A stretch of DNA of 64,000 nt from Octopus sinensis (lineage: Eukaryota): the NCBI RefSeq assembly GCF_006345805.1, contig NC_043007.1, positions 13,144,001-13,208,000 on the forward strand, written 5' to 3'. Both the position numbers and the translations under genes were made by a program. Below the pieces are notes generated by a model. It made no database searches. It worked only from the letters and a program-made list of their open reading frames with translations, and was not told the origin of the DNA. Below are positions 12,776 through 25,149 of the stretch, in pieces (positions within the stretch are counted from its first letter, which is position 1; each line of letters opens with the position of its first letter).

Positions 12776-13164
12776 AAATAGGTACATTGGGCTAGATAAA
12801 GATTGGATATTAACGGCTGGAACGCCTCATGTCATAGGTCTACTCCCTCAGAGATTGCTTGAGAATTGAACTTCAATAACATTTGCTCAGAGAAAACGGG
12901 AACAGTTCAACATCTCACTTTCCTATACATGGGTTCATTATAGTAAGGAGGAAACTTCTTAAATGGTGTCGAGCTAGCCGTCACCCGCGAATGGTAACTT
13001 GTACCGTGCTTTCGCTAATTCTTTTAGGTGCCTATATAGTCGCTAGTAAACATAGACATCTTCTTTTCGGTTCCCCTTCTCTTTTCCCCAGCGGCACATT
13101 CAGGGAGTGACTACAAGAAGGAGGCACAGTTACAAGAGCACTTTACTTTCTATTAAAGGCACGA

Positions 13165-13352
13165 ATCCTGAAGGAGAGGGGAAATCGATTAGATCGAACC
13201 CAGTGCTCAACTGGTGCTTCTTTCTTCGACCCCCGAACGGATGAAAAGTAAAGTCAACCTTGGTGGAATTTGAACTCAAAATGTGAAGACGGACGAAATG
13301 CTACTAAGCATTTTGTCCGGTGTGCTAACGTGTCTGCCTTCTCGCCGCCTTT
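13165..13352 (-). mobile_element. SINE family A, alternative tail
   Basis: Head and body as family A; tail ..CCCCTCTCCTTCAGGATTCGTGCC.. Confidence 0.75.
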
Positions 13353-14032
13353 TTAATACTAATGTGTTTGTGTGTTGTATGTATTTGTGTGTGTGTGGTT
13401 GTGCGTGTGTGTATGTGTGAATTTGAGTGCTTGTGCTTGCGCATGTGCGTGTGTGTTTCCCCCTCTACATCGCTTCACAACCAGCGTTAGTTTGTTTCTG
13501 TCCCCGTGAAAATAACGGTGTACCATTTCGGCAAAAGCCTCCAAGGCGATGCCCCAGCATGGCCGCAGTTCAATGCCTGAAACAAGTAAAAGATAAAGAG
13601 AGATAAATTAGAAAGTAAACAAGTATAACAAAATGATTAAGATAAATGAAATTTTATTGGTTGAACGCTAATTGGAATAGGTTGCTGTACTAAGCTACTC
13701 TATTTACCATTATTTCTGCTGCTAATAATAATTAAAGGTGTAATATATTTGAAGAGGAAGTGCAGCAGGTGTACGAACGCATATGTATGTGTACGGGCTT
13801 ATGGGAGGAATGTTTGCAAAGCGGAACAAGAGTGCTTTCGGGCTCCAGGGGCGAGGATGGTCCCCCTTTCAAAAAAAAAATTTAAGTGGGACTGTCGGTT
13901 GTATGTGAGTTTGGAAGGGTCTCGTGAATATCTGACGAGTCCCTCCTCGATTTCCCGGACCCCTGAACTATTAGTTGTACTAGCTTAACCCCACCTCTCA
14001 TTGGCCAATTTACATATATATACATGGGTGTG

Positions 14033-14073
<41 letters not shown>

Positions 14074-14129
14074 TGCATACATGTATGTATGTGTATATAT
14101 ATATACATATATGTGTGAGTATGTGTGTG

Positions 14130-14161
<32 letters not shown>

Positions 14162-14171
14162 ATATATATAT

Positions 14172-14900
14172 AGGTAAACAGTAAAATTAATTACAGACAT
14201 GGACAAGAACATGAAACACCACAGAAACGACACAAGAACCACAGGACGGGACATTCGAAGCCCTCAGTCATCAGTCAAGAACCAGATCATCTTAGCAATT
14301 TCGGCTGATTAATCTTGAGATTGCTCCGATATGGCCAGCCCGCCAAGGGAAATCTAAGCCAAGCGCATTAGATCCCCTGGAAGAAAGCTTCGAATGTATA
14401 CAACGAAAGGACGGAAAACGATCGAAGTACACAAACAAAAATACAGAATACGGGACACCAATAAGAATACAAAAACGTAAAAACAATAACGGTAAAAATA
14501 AAAATAAACAACAAAACAAAACCAGGACGTAGGACAAGGGTCTTTCGACAGGACGATTGAGTATGGGGCTGGCTTGTGAAGTTGTGCCTAAAGGCCACGG
14601 GGAGACGAACAAATACGTGTTGCTTCTGCGGCTGCTGAAAACGAAAGAGCGCTCAACAGCGGCTAGCTGTCACGTGAGAACAAAAGACAGGAGAAGGGAC
14701 AGATGAAAAGGGAGAGAAGGTGGACGAGGGAGGAGAAGAAAGAGACAGATCGAGGGGGCTGGAGGTGAGAGAGATAGAGAAACGTAGAAGGGGGGAGACG
14801 GATGGAGAGGGAAAGAAAGGAAGTGGAATAAGGGAGGAGAGAGAGAGAGAGAAAAAGAGACAGATTAAGAGTCGTATCAAAGCTAGAGAAAAAAATATAC
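14172..14900 (-). mobile_element. Non-coding PLE-like element; relatives at about 46060-46330 (+) and 53978-54877
   Basis: Shared motif TTCGAAGCC..CA.TC.TCAGTCA..ATTTCGGCTG..TTGCTCC..GGCCAGCCC; abuts (AT)n. Confidence 0.5.
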
Positions 14901-14927
14901 TTAATATACACACACACATATACACAC

Positions 14928-15010
14928 ACGGTAATCCCTCGACTATTGCGGGTGTTATGTTCACAAACCCCCGCAATATGTGAAAATCCACGGTAGAAAC
15001 AGTTCTGTAG
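14928..15010 (+). mobile_element. Tigger-like terminal sequence
   Basis: CGGTAATCCCTCGACTATTGCGGGTGTTATGTTC..ACCCCCGC resembles Tigger 5' TIR/subterminal sequence. Confidence 0.45.
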
Positions 15011-15175
15011 TGTTTATTTTTTCTACATTTTTATAATTTGTATATGTTTATTTTATTATACTAGACTTTAAAAAATAATTCTCTTTGAGGCAATGCCCCA
15101 GCATGGCCGCAGTCAAATGATTGAAATAAGTAAAAGATAAATGATAAAAGATATATTCATGCATGTATATATGTA

Positions 15176-15211
<36 letters not shown>

Positions 15212-15217
<6 letters not shown>

Positions 15218-15430
15218 GGGAAGCTTTATGAAAATAAACAAAAGACGAAGGCAGGTGGAATACAAACAAACAATTGTATTAGTATGGCGCTCAGGAATAT
15301 AAATAAAACAAGTCTTTTACGTTTCGAGCCTACGCTCTTCAACGGAAAGATATACAGAAAAGAAACACAGAAAGAAACAAGGAGAGAAAAAATGCGTGCA
15401 GAGGCTAGCGAATCAACATGGCGATCTGAT
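15212..15430 (-). mobile_element. PLE-like tail
   Basis: Abuts (AT)n, carries a hammerhead-like motif, and shares GGCGCTCAGGAA with the 46420 element. Confidence 0.55.
15313..15350 (-). ncRNA. Minimal type I hammerhead ribozyme-like motif, variant core
   Basis: UCUUU-CCGUUGA-A-GAGC(GUAG)GCUC-GAAA-CG-UA-AAAGA: 5-bp stem I, 4-bp stem II; two core substitutions. Confidence 0.5.
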
Positions 15431-16437
15431 TTCGGCCATGATCTTCTGCCCTAGACAACCTGTAGTTTTAGAATAATCCGAATGAATCTGGTCCTTCCGT
15501 CGGTCAGGGTCGCCCATGTATATGAATCTGTATGCACAGGCAGGCCTGGGCAAGGCACACTGACATACGAATGTCTCCTTTCCACGTCACCGATATTATT
15601 TATAGGGATGGGCTGCCGCCCTAAGATCGGTAATGCATGACACCAGGCACTGTTGTCAGGACGCAAATGGTCAGAATAATTACCACGAGGTATCGTGTCC
15701 GGTACTCTAACAGTTTCGCCAAGATTCTTTTTTTTTTTATCGACTCCTGAAAGAACGTGAAGCGAAGTATATCGCAGCGAGATTTGAACTCGGAACGCAG
15801 AGGCTTGGAGCAGATGCCACAGGAAATCGCATCTAGCTCTCTAAAAGTTCGGTAACTCCACTACCCTAGATTGATAATTCTTTTTATAGACCCTGAAAGG
15901 AATGAAAAGCGATGTGTACGTCGGCAAGATTTGAACTTGGAGTGCTAAGGGTTGGAACAGATATCATAAGGCGTTACATCTGACAATTCTGCTGCTCCAG
16001 ATTGGTCCTTTTTTTATCAACCCCGAAAAGAATGAAAGGCAGAGTGTACTTGAGCGGAACGCAGAGAGTTGGAACAGATGCCGCAGGGTATCGCGTTTTG
16101 TGCTCTAGCAGTTCCACCACTCCATTGCGCTGGATTGACCCTTTTTATATACTGAACCCCGAAAGAATGAAAAGCGACGACGTGTACTTAGCAGGGATAT
16201 GAACTCGGAATGCAGAGAGTTGGAAAAAGCACGGAGAGGCATTATATCCGATTCTCTATCGACTCTGCCACTTCTCTGCCGTCTCAAAGGATTGGGGATT
16301 CACAAAACAGTAACATTGAAACGAACAGATCATAGATTTGAAATGCCGTATAGGTTTCTCTATCTAGAGTCATCCTTGATGTCTCTTATCAAATTCAACA
16401 GACTGAACCAAACTCATCTTTAATGCATCTTCCATAC

Positions 16438-16491
16438 CTTTGACATTGCAGTCTCAGTTTTCAGCTGCTGTGATGAGATCGCTCCAGGTGT
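16438..16491 (-). CDS. Possible 54-nt minus-strand exon: TPGAISSQQLKTETAMSK
   Basis: Acceptor CTCTCCTCTCCTTGTGATTTTACTACAG, donor AAG|GTATGG; one open frame; no partner exon found. Confidence 0.25.
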
Positions 16492-17093
16492 CTGTAGTAA
16501 AATCACAAGGAGAGGAGAGCTTTCAAAATCTCAGTACTTTACAAATTAGATTCTCTACCAATTGGCAATATACGTTTTCTCTCTTTGTCCGGATATTTCG
16601 TCAGTTTATTCCGAGTTGTGTGAAACTGAAGCGCAGTGTGTCTATCTCTAGCAGTCTCGTTCAATGTATCTCTTGCAAACTCCAGTAGATTCGTGTCTCA
16701 AATTCTCTATATGCTGCCATACCCGTGTATGAAGAAAAGAATTACATTGAGTATATAGATGTTCTATTAATAAAACATTTCATAAAATTATATCAGGGGT
16801 TGAAAACTGGGAAAACACACAAACTGGGAAACACACAAGGGAGTAGCATTCATGTCTGATGGTGAATGCCCAGATTTTGAATTATGAAAGACGGATTAAT
16901 AGCAGAAAAGACATGATCGACATTGCTAGAACAATAAACCCGAAATACCACTGAAATATAACACGAATTTCATTAATACTATTGGTCAAATTATAATTAC
17001 TATTCTTGTGTATGGTGAACAGTAATAAATATTTACATTTTCTATAAAGCTAAAGTCACGTATGGGTCGATTCTGTGTTAATATATTTTTCAG

Positions 17094-17171
17094 AGTCAAG
17101 GTCAAACATGAACGTGACAATGAGGCGCATAATATTAATTTCACAATATAGTTTAATGGGAAATATCTCGG
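17094..17171 (+). CDS. Putative internal coding exon (phase 1-1) of an unidentified gene: SRSNMNVTMRRIILISQYSLMGNIS
   Basis: Acceptor TATATTTTTCAG, donor CGG|GTGAGT; 78 nt; one open frame, in phase with the next exon. Confidence 0.6.
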
Positions 17172-17736
17172 GTGAGTGTTCTACATATTTAATGCAAATA
17201 CGATTTTCACAATCAGCGTCGCTACTTTCGCAGCGAATTGGCTGAGGCGTTAGAAGGTTGTGTTAAATTTCTTTCCAGGTTTATTTTGGATCCTTGTGTT
17301 ATGAGTTCAGTTTCTGCGTGGCCTTCCTTGCCTTCCTTCCTTCCGGGGTCGGTAAATAAAATGCCGGAATAGTTGACTGGCGGAAACGGTAGTGTGATAC
17401 TTTGCGGTATTTGTTCCAGCAATTTGTGTTGTGAGTTCAAATCACGCCGCGAACTTCTTAGGTGGCAGACTAAAATCTGCTGTTTAATTTAACGCCATCT
17501 CTAGCATTTGTCTAATTTTAGTGAAGTCCACTTGGTTGCAAGGGCAGTAATCCAGTTTGATATTTTGGGAGTTTTAACAAATGTATTAGCTTAATGCTTA
17601 AAAAAAGGGAAAATACCTTGACGCTTCGGACACTAATCCTTCATCAGAAAAAATAAACGAATTAGTAAAGGTAGTGGGGGAAAAAGAATGAGAAAAGATA
17701 GGTTGGGAAAATATCCATCTCTCTCACTAATCTCAG

Positions 17737-17895
17737 GGGTCCCTCGGTACGTCGAGCTTCGTGAGTATGCCGAATTAGTGGAGAAAAAATGGCCTTCTTC
17801 ATCATTTCGTAGAACTGAATTTGGGCTTGGCCTGTCCAATTAGGGAGAACATTATATGTATTTTGATACAAGCTGCGAGTGGAAATTGCGCACAG
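17737..17895 (+). CDS. Putative coding exon of the same gene: VPRYVELREYAELVEK/NGLLHHFVELNLGLACPIRENIICILIQAASGNCAQ (needs -1 in the A6 run at about 17784-17789)
   Basis: Acceptor CTCTCTCACTAATCTCAG, donor CAG|GTGTGT. The frame is open on both sides of one homopolymer. It ends in phase 0, matching exon 25989. Confidence 0.55.
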
Positions 17896-18140
17896 GTGTG
17901 TAATGTAACAGATATCTAAAACGAAAGTAAACACTTGCTAAACTGGTTCTGCTGTTCTTGATTGTAACGGTTTCGGCTTACATATTTCATATGTTTGTTA
18001 ATACTTTGGGGGAAAATATGAACGTCACGAGGCAATAAAGAAACCTTTACGCTGTCTACCTGCTAGAACATAGTACCCATATATACCTAAAGCCAAATTC
18101 CACCATTTTTAAATAGAAAGGACAAATTAGATAATATATA

Positions 18141-18370
18141 TTTCTTTACTACCCACAAGGGGCTAAACACAGAGGAGACAAACAAGGACAGACAAACGGA
18201 TTAAGTCGATTACATCGACCCCAGTGCGTAACTGGTACTTAATTTATCGACCCCGGAAGGATGAAAGGCAAAGTCGACCTCGGCGGAATTTGAACTCGGA
18301 ACGTAACGGCAGACGAAAAACGGCAACGCATTTCGCCCGGCGTGCTAACGTTTCTGCCAGCTCGCCGCTT
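18141..18370 (-). mobile_element. SINE family A, full length
   Basis: Consensus match; AATTAGATAATATA is present on both flanks. Confidence 0.9.
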
Positions 18371-18907
18371 TTATTAAATAATAATTAGATAATATAGTTT
18401 TGAATACATTATAACTGGAACAAAAATATCTGATAGTTGGAAATCTACTGAATCAGTCTTTGGGTTATCTTTGAAATTAGTCGAATCTTTCTCAAATTGC
18501 GTCAAGAATGTTAACTCGGATATATGATGGTTATGTTCAGGATACTTTTGGTTAACAGGTTTACTGGATCTGGAATAATTGGGACTGATGAACAGCTTTT
18601 TAGTTACTCAGAGTTGAAACGGGTCTATTATACAAAAACCGCTTCAACATGAGTATCTCAGTTCCTTGTTAACTTTCATCTCAAATTTTTTCATTCGGTT
18701 AACTTCCTGGAAAAAAAAATGAAAACGGAAACCTACTGTGTCAGCGTGCATTGGCAGAGAGACGCTGCGCAGAGGAATAGTGAATTACCACCGGAAATGG
18801 TTTTGCTATTTTAAAGAAATGTTCTCAGAAGTAGATTATTTTCAAAATGAATATTTAATTAATGTGCTGAAAAAATATTTAACACGTGTGAGTTATTACT
18901 TGGCTTA

Positions 18908-18930
18908 GTAGAAGAAGAAGAAGAAGAAAA

Positions 18931-18980
<50 letters not shown>

Positions 18981-19013
18981 TAGTAGTAGTTGCAGTAGCA
19001 GCAGTAGTAGTAG
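18908..19013. repeat. (GAA)n(TAG)n microsatellite
   Basis: Direct reading. Confidence 0.95.
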
Positions 19014-19382
19014 TCCTTTCAACTATAGGCACAACGCCTAAAATTTGTTGGGAGGTAATTAGTCGGTTAGATCGACCTCAGTACTCAGCTGGTATTTTCG
19101 GTGACTGGCACAATAAAATAAATTTAAAAATTCGCAGAACCTCTACCTATATTGTAGAAACAATTCTACACTATCCTAATTATTTAAATAAAATGTTCAG
19201 TGAAATTTAAAAAAACCGTTTTATAGGAAACATTTATTCTTATACAAATCATATAATAATTTTAATATTTTTCGAATTACGAATACTATATATATGTATA
19301 TATATATATATAATATATAATATATATATATATATATATATAATACATACTTTATTTAAAGCAGCAGAAAATTCAACAAAAT

Positions 19383-19420
19383 CTGTTACTCTGAGTTTCT
19401 CGTTGCCGTTCATCAGACAG
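19383..19420 (-). ncRNA. Mirror copy of the hammerhead-like motif (left arm of palindrome)
   Basis: Exact reverse complement of 19433-19470. Confidence 0.6.
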
Positions 19421-19432
19421 TTTTTGCAAAAA

Positions 19433-19470
19433 CTGTCTGATGAACGGCAACGAGAAACTCAGAGTAACAG
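19433..19470 (+). ncRNA. Minimal type I hammerhead ribozyme-like motif (right arm of palindrome)
   Basis: CUGU-CUGAUGA-ACG(GCAA)CGA-GAAA-CUC(A)GAG-UA-ACAG; stem I extends to AAAAACUGU/ACAGGUUUU with one mismatch. Confidence 0.65.
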
Positions 19471-19573
19471 GTTTTGTTGAATTTTCTGCTGCTTTAAATA
19501 AAGCATATTACTTCTACCACTGGTATTTGAGTACTCTTTTTTCCACCTTGTTTCACATTTATGTGTTTACTCC

Positions 19574-19627
<54 letters not shown>

Positions 19628-19646
19628 TATATATATAATGTATAAA

Positions 19647-20008
19647 TTACGTTATATAATTAAGGGTTCAGTAAAAAAAATTTACTTTACCACACACCGA
19701 ACTTTTAGAAATAGCAGCCAAAGAATTTAGCTATTTCCTCTACTATAAGAAAAGTCTCCCAGACAATGTATACTCAAAAAACATATCTATATCTAACTAA
19801 CCCAGAAACGGCGTTCTCAAGTAATCGATGTACGTGTGATCTTTCGTTATTTTCCCCTCTATACCTACGTGAATTGTTTTTGAGTATACAATGTCTGGGA
19901 GACTCTACTTATAGTAGAGGAAATAGCTAAATTCTTTGGCTGCTATTTCTAAAAGTTCGGTGTGTGGTAAAGTAAATTTTTTTACTGAACCCTAATTATA
20001 TAACGTAA
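19647..20008. repeat. Inverted repeat, ~130-bp arms, ~96-bp spacer
   Basis: 19647-19780 vs 19877-20008. Confidence 0.95.
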
Positions 20009-20250
20009 TGTTTTAAATATACCGTAAATGGTCTTTTTACATACTGAACACTACTTGGTAAAAAAAATTATTAATTAATAATTAATTAATTTTACCCTTT
20101 TTTTATTGACAATATATATATATATATTTGATATAGGATAAAATATTTTTTCGGGAAAAACTTTTTATCAATGGCCAGCATATCAAAAATGCCTTTAAAG
20201 GTAAAATTTATACATAATTTACAAGATAAGAGCAGAAGAAAAATTCTAAT

Positions 20251-20283
<33 letters not shown>

Positions 20284-20549
20284 ATATATGTAATTAGAAT
20301 TTTAGAATTTTTCTTCTGCCCTTATCTTGTAAATTATATATGTATATATATTTCGTATGTTGAAGCAAACGGGAAAAATAGAGCTTTAAATATGAGTATA
20401 TGTATTATTTTTATTAATATTTTAGCAGAAGTAACAGAGTGACTTAAGGTCTGAGAGTTTCATGCGCTGGTATTTATGGAATTAGTTTGAAAAGTGCCAA
20501 CGAACAAAATTCTGTTACTTCTGGTAAATATTAATATAGTATAATATAT

Positions 20550-20886
20550 CACTGCGTGGCATCTTGGGCAAGTGTCTTCTACTATAGTTTCAGGCCAAGG
20601 CCTTGTGAGTGGATTTGGTAGATGGAAACTGAAAAAAGTTCGTCGCATATATTCATATATATATGTGTGTGTGTGTGTGTGTATGTTTGTGTCTGTGTTT
20701 GTCCCCACCAACATCGCTTAGCAACCGATGCTGGTGTGTTTACGTCCCCGTAACTTAGCGGTTCGGCAAAAGAGACCGATAGAATAAGTACTAGGCTTAC
20801 AAAGAATAAGTCCTGGGGTCGATTTGCTAAACTAAAAAGCGGTGCTCCAGCATGACCGCAGTCAAATGACTGAAACAAGTAAAAGA
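20550..20886 (+). mobile_element. SINE family B, 5'-truncated
   Basis: Consensus match. Confidence 0.85.
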
Positions 20887-20890
20887 ATAT

Positions 20891-20925
<35 letters not shown>

Positions 20926-20933
20926 CTATATAT

Positions 20934-21001
<68 letters not shown>

Positions 21002-21049
21002 ATTTCTTAAATTTTATTGAAAGACACTTTATCTAGCCAAATTTCGAAT

Positions 21050-21350
21050 TGTTTTCATGGATTTCTAAGGTTCACGAAATCCAGCTGTCGAAACTCTGTT
21101 CTGGAGAATAATTTCGGATGAGTTGTGTCAAGACACACATGTCCGTACCAGGTGAGTTTTCGGCGTTTCACTATAGCACGGTGCAATCCTTGCTTGCCAT
21201 AGAAAATTTTTTTTGTTGTAGACAAATAGGCATAAACACAGAAAGTCAATTCGTAGCGTTTCCTGACCAAACTGGTGAATGCGTGCATTTCGGAGTGATT
21301 ATCTCCTCTTCAGCACCAGAAACCGGAAAAGCAGATGCTGTAAACTGACA
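21050..21350 (-). mobile_element. Degenerate RTE-clade LINE C-terminal fragment
   Basis: AIVKRRKLTWYGHVC motif. Confidence 0.65.
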
Positions 21351-22026
21351 AGAGAGATAAGTCTTCCTTATTATATTCTAGTCATCGTACAATGAGTGGT
21401 TACACTAGTAGGTGGCTTACCGCAAATAAAATGCGGGACGAAAGCGCTAAGCAGTGATGTGTATAAAGACAAACTTGTAGCCAGGAGAAATATGCTTGGG
21501 GCAAATTCGAACCCGTAGGAAAGACGTTCAGTGTATTTTCTCCATGACAAAATATAGTGAATGGCTTTCTTACGGGTTCGAATATATCTCAAACATATTT
21601 GAACTGGTAACAAGTTTGTTTGTGTGTGTGTGTTTATATATATATATATTCTGTAAATAATATTAATATTTTATAAGCGATCACTGTATAAACTATTGAG
21701 GCATATAACCCCTCGTCGGCAAAAAAAAAAGTAGATTTTATCTTATGCGTGAGACTCAAACACATACCGCTACATATTCCGCAATAAGAGTGTTACCATT
21801 ACACCAACGTATTCGCCCACTTCTTCACGTTAGATTTAAGAACTAAAGTTTCATAGTGTTGTTGTTTTTTAACAAACAAGCATGTGCGTTTTCTGCGATG
21901 AATTGGGAAGCGATGACGAGAGACAATTCTGTGGATAATAATTTGTATGCTTAAATCTCATAAGCGATCACAATGTGTTGACAAAAGAAAATAGTCAAAT
22001 AATGGGGCATTGACGGGGTAAAAAAA

Positions 22027-22038
22027 TTATTATTATTA

Positions 22039-22104
<66 letters not shown>

Positions 22105-22138
22105 TATTATTATTATATTATTATTATTATTATTATTA
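22027..22138. repeat. (TTA)n microsatellite
   Basis: Direct reading. Confidence 0.97.
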
Positions 22139-22350
22139 AGGCGGTGAGCTGGCAGAACTGTTAACATGCAGGATGAAATGCTTAGCGGTATTTTGTCTGC
22201 CGCTACGTTCTGAGTCCATATTCCTTCGTGGTCGACTTTGCCTTTCATCCTTTCGGGGCCGATAAATTAGGTACCAGTTGAATACTGGCGTTGATGTAAT
22301 CGATTCATCCCTTCCTCTACAATTGCTGCCCTTGTGGCAAAATATGAAAC
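22138..22350 (+). mobile_element. SINE family A, alternative tail, inserted in (TTA)n
   Basis: Consensus head and body. Confidence 0.8.
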
Positions 22351-22719
22351 CATTATTATTATTTTTGTTGTTGTTGTTGTAATTATTATTTTTGTAGTCA
22401 GGCGGCTGAAGTTCTTTAGAATCAGTTAAAATATTTTATAATGGAAAATACAATGTGTGTGTGTGTGTATTTTCCATTATTAAATATTTTAATTGATTCT
22501 AAAGAACTTCAGGCACACCAATTAAATTTAAATTATTTCCGTTCGCCGCAGTAGCACTAACCAATCAATAATCAATAAAAAAAAAATTGCGAAATTTTCT
22601 TTCAAATTACATTTAGATTGCTACCCTTGTTTTCTTCCTGTGCTCGAACTTCAATTTTAATAGCACAGTGAGAACTTCATGACCCACGGTCGGCACCTGG
22701 TAAGGTGTTTGTTGCAAGG

Positions 22720-22985
22720 AATAATGCTTTCTCGACGGTTTTTTTACGAGGATTACTTAATCGATCTTAATTGCTATATTGCACGTTTGAATAAATCCAA
22801 ATGTATAATCGCCTTTTATGTAACTGAAAGCAAGTATTCAATATGCATATTATCATTGTCTGAACAGAAATCGATCCGAGTCTGTTCTCTTTCCTTTCTT
22901 TTGCCAAGACTATTTTCTCCAGGTCTGGGACGAATATTTCATGTCCCGTATTTATATTGAAATCGCCCATTATCAATTTCACGTC
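22720..22985 (-). mobile_element. Degenerate RTE-clade LINE AP-endonuclease fragment
   Basis: KLIMGDFN....NTCFQLHKRRLYIW (GDFN and H.KRRLYTW motifs). Confidence 0.75.
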
Positions 22986-23679
22986 TGTCTATGGCGTCGC
23001 TTCAGTGATTTCTGTAAATCTTCAAAGAATTTTCGACTTACATTTTGATCAGCTGCTGTTGTTGGTGCATAAATTTCCATCAGACTCGTGTTATTTATGT
23101 TGTCTCGTATTCTCTTAATGATCGAAGAATTCTTTCACCAATCACTCTACATTTAAGCTTGTCGATGCTAAACATTCTACCTTTCGTCAGACATAATTCC
23201 TCGCAGAGAAGTATACTGTGTGATCACCTATACACATGCACACACACACGCACGCACACACACACACACACACAGGCAGACACACACACACACACACACA
23301 CACACAGGCACACGTGCCTATGTATGTAGACGAGTAGGTAAGTTGATTGCTAGATAGGTATGTATGTATGTATGTATGTTTGTATGTATGTATGTCATTA
23401 TTCAGTTTTATTTTAAGATTTCTTGCCAATAGAGAAAGAACCGATTTCTAACCTAGATCCAAGGCTCCTTCATTGGAATTTCAATAATGTATTTTTGTAT
23501 GTATGTATGTCTGTCTGTATGTATGTATGCCTGTCTGTCTGTCTGTCTGTCTGTATGTATGTATGTATGTATGTATGTACGTCACAGGTGCCAAGCTGTA
23601 TCTGCTGTTGCCTTTCCTTGGATAACACTGGTGCAATCCCACGGTCAGTCATGGCCGAAGTGGGGTTTCAACTATATAG

Positions 23680-23890
23680 GCACAAGGCCTGAAATTTTGT
23701 GGGGTAGGGGGCTAATCGATTACATCGATCCCAGTACTCAGCTGATTTTTTTTTTCTGTTTATCGCTCCCGAAGGGATGAAAACCAAAGTCGACCTCGGC
23801 GGCATTTGCACTTAGAACGTGAAAAGCCGGAAGAAACGGCGCTAAGCATTTTGCCCAGCGCTGACAACGATTCTGCCAGCTCGCCGCCTT
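23680..23890 (-). mobile_element. SINE family A, alternative tail
   Basis: Consensus head and body. Confidence 0.8.
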
Positions 23891-24359
23891 AAGGCAGATA
23901 TGTATCGAGTCCGTTTTACGCTTTACCTTGTAATTTTTGTAGAACAATTCCCTCAGCACGACTGCAATCCAGCTAATGAAGTCATTAAAAGGCACATTTG
24001 TTGTGTGTGTGTATTTAGTGTGTTTTTACGAATGTATGTGTATTAACGCACTTGATTAGTTATTAACCAAATGTATTGTATAAAGAAAATTAACCTACTT
24101 TACAAATTAAAACGATAATGCAATTCACTTAATAAGTAATTAATTTAGTCAAATTTGACGTCATGTCATTATAATTATGTCGTAAGAATGAGATGAAGCA
24201 ATAGCTTATTACGATGTCTCTTGTTTCGCTTAATTTTCTCCCCACCCTCATTTCATGTCCGGGGTGGGATGCGGGGTGGTGGGGACAAATCCATATAATG
24301 GGATAAACGTTTGTTTGACACATATGTTAGTTGTAACATTAAACTGACTGATAGCTTAC

Positions 24360-24750
24360 TTCACCGAGACCGACATTGCCATTCATCCCTTCGGGATCGA
24401 TGGATTAAGTACTAGTGACACACTGCACAACTGGGGTCAATGAAATCAACTAACCAGTCCCTCCCACCAAAATTTCAGCCCTTGTGCCTTTAGTAGAAAA
24501 GATTCTTCTTCTTCTTCTTCTTGCTGTTGTTTAGGGCGGCGTGCTGGCAGAATCGTTAGCACGCTGGACGAAATGCTTAGCGGTAGTTCTTCCGTCGCTA
24601 CGTTCTGAGTTCAAATTCCGCCGAGGTCGACTTTGCCTTTCATCCTTTTGAGGTCGATAAATCAAGTACCAGTTGAGTACTGGGCTTGATATAATCGACT
24701 CAACCCCCCCCCAATTTCAGGCCTTGTGCCTATAGTAGAAAGGATTCTTC
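24360..24750 (+). mobile_element. SINE family A, partial plus full copy, alternative tail ending (TTC)n
   Basis: Both end ..TTTCAG(G)CCTTGTGCCT.TAGTAGAAA.GATTCTTCTT. Confidence 0.8.
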
Positions 24751-25149
24751 TTCTTCTTCTTCTTCTTCTCATCATCATCATCATCAGAATGGCTATTATG
24801 TGTCCCTCAGGCTGTAAATGTTATTGCTTCAACGTAGGGTCCCAGATCGTATAACTTGCCAGGCAATACCCTTCCATAAAAGACGAAATTATACAGAGTG
24901 TGATCTATCAATTTGAATTCCACAATTGACTGCGTGATTTAAATTAAAATGGCTACAAAAGTAATTTAAAAAGCAAAAGGAGTTGTGATGTCATTAAATG
25001 CAAATTTCAATCACTGGGTATAATGGAATCGACAATAAGGTAATTAACTATCAGATAATTAACAAGATTTTTCTGTTTCAATGTTGAGATTTCCTGAAAG
25101 CAATTAAAAATTCTTCGGGTATCTAACAACGTAATATCTTTTTATCCTG

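Larger units (their letters stand above)
19350..19503. repeat. 154-bp near-perfect palindrome (77-bp arms, no spacer)
   Basis: Centre TTTTTG|CAAAAA at 19426/19427; one mismatch. Confidence 0.97.

Noticed and set aside
24788-24855. MCPSGCKCYC resembling an LRR N-cap
   Set aside because: A stop follows within 10 codons and there is no usable donor.
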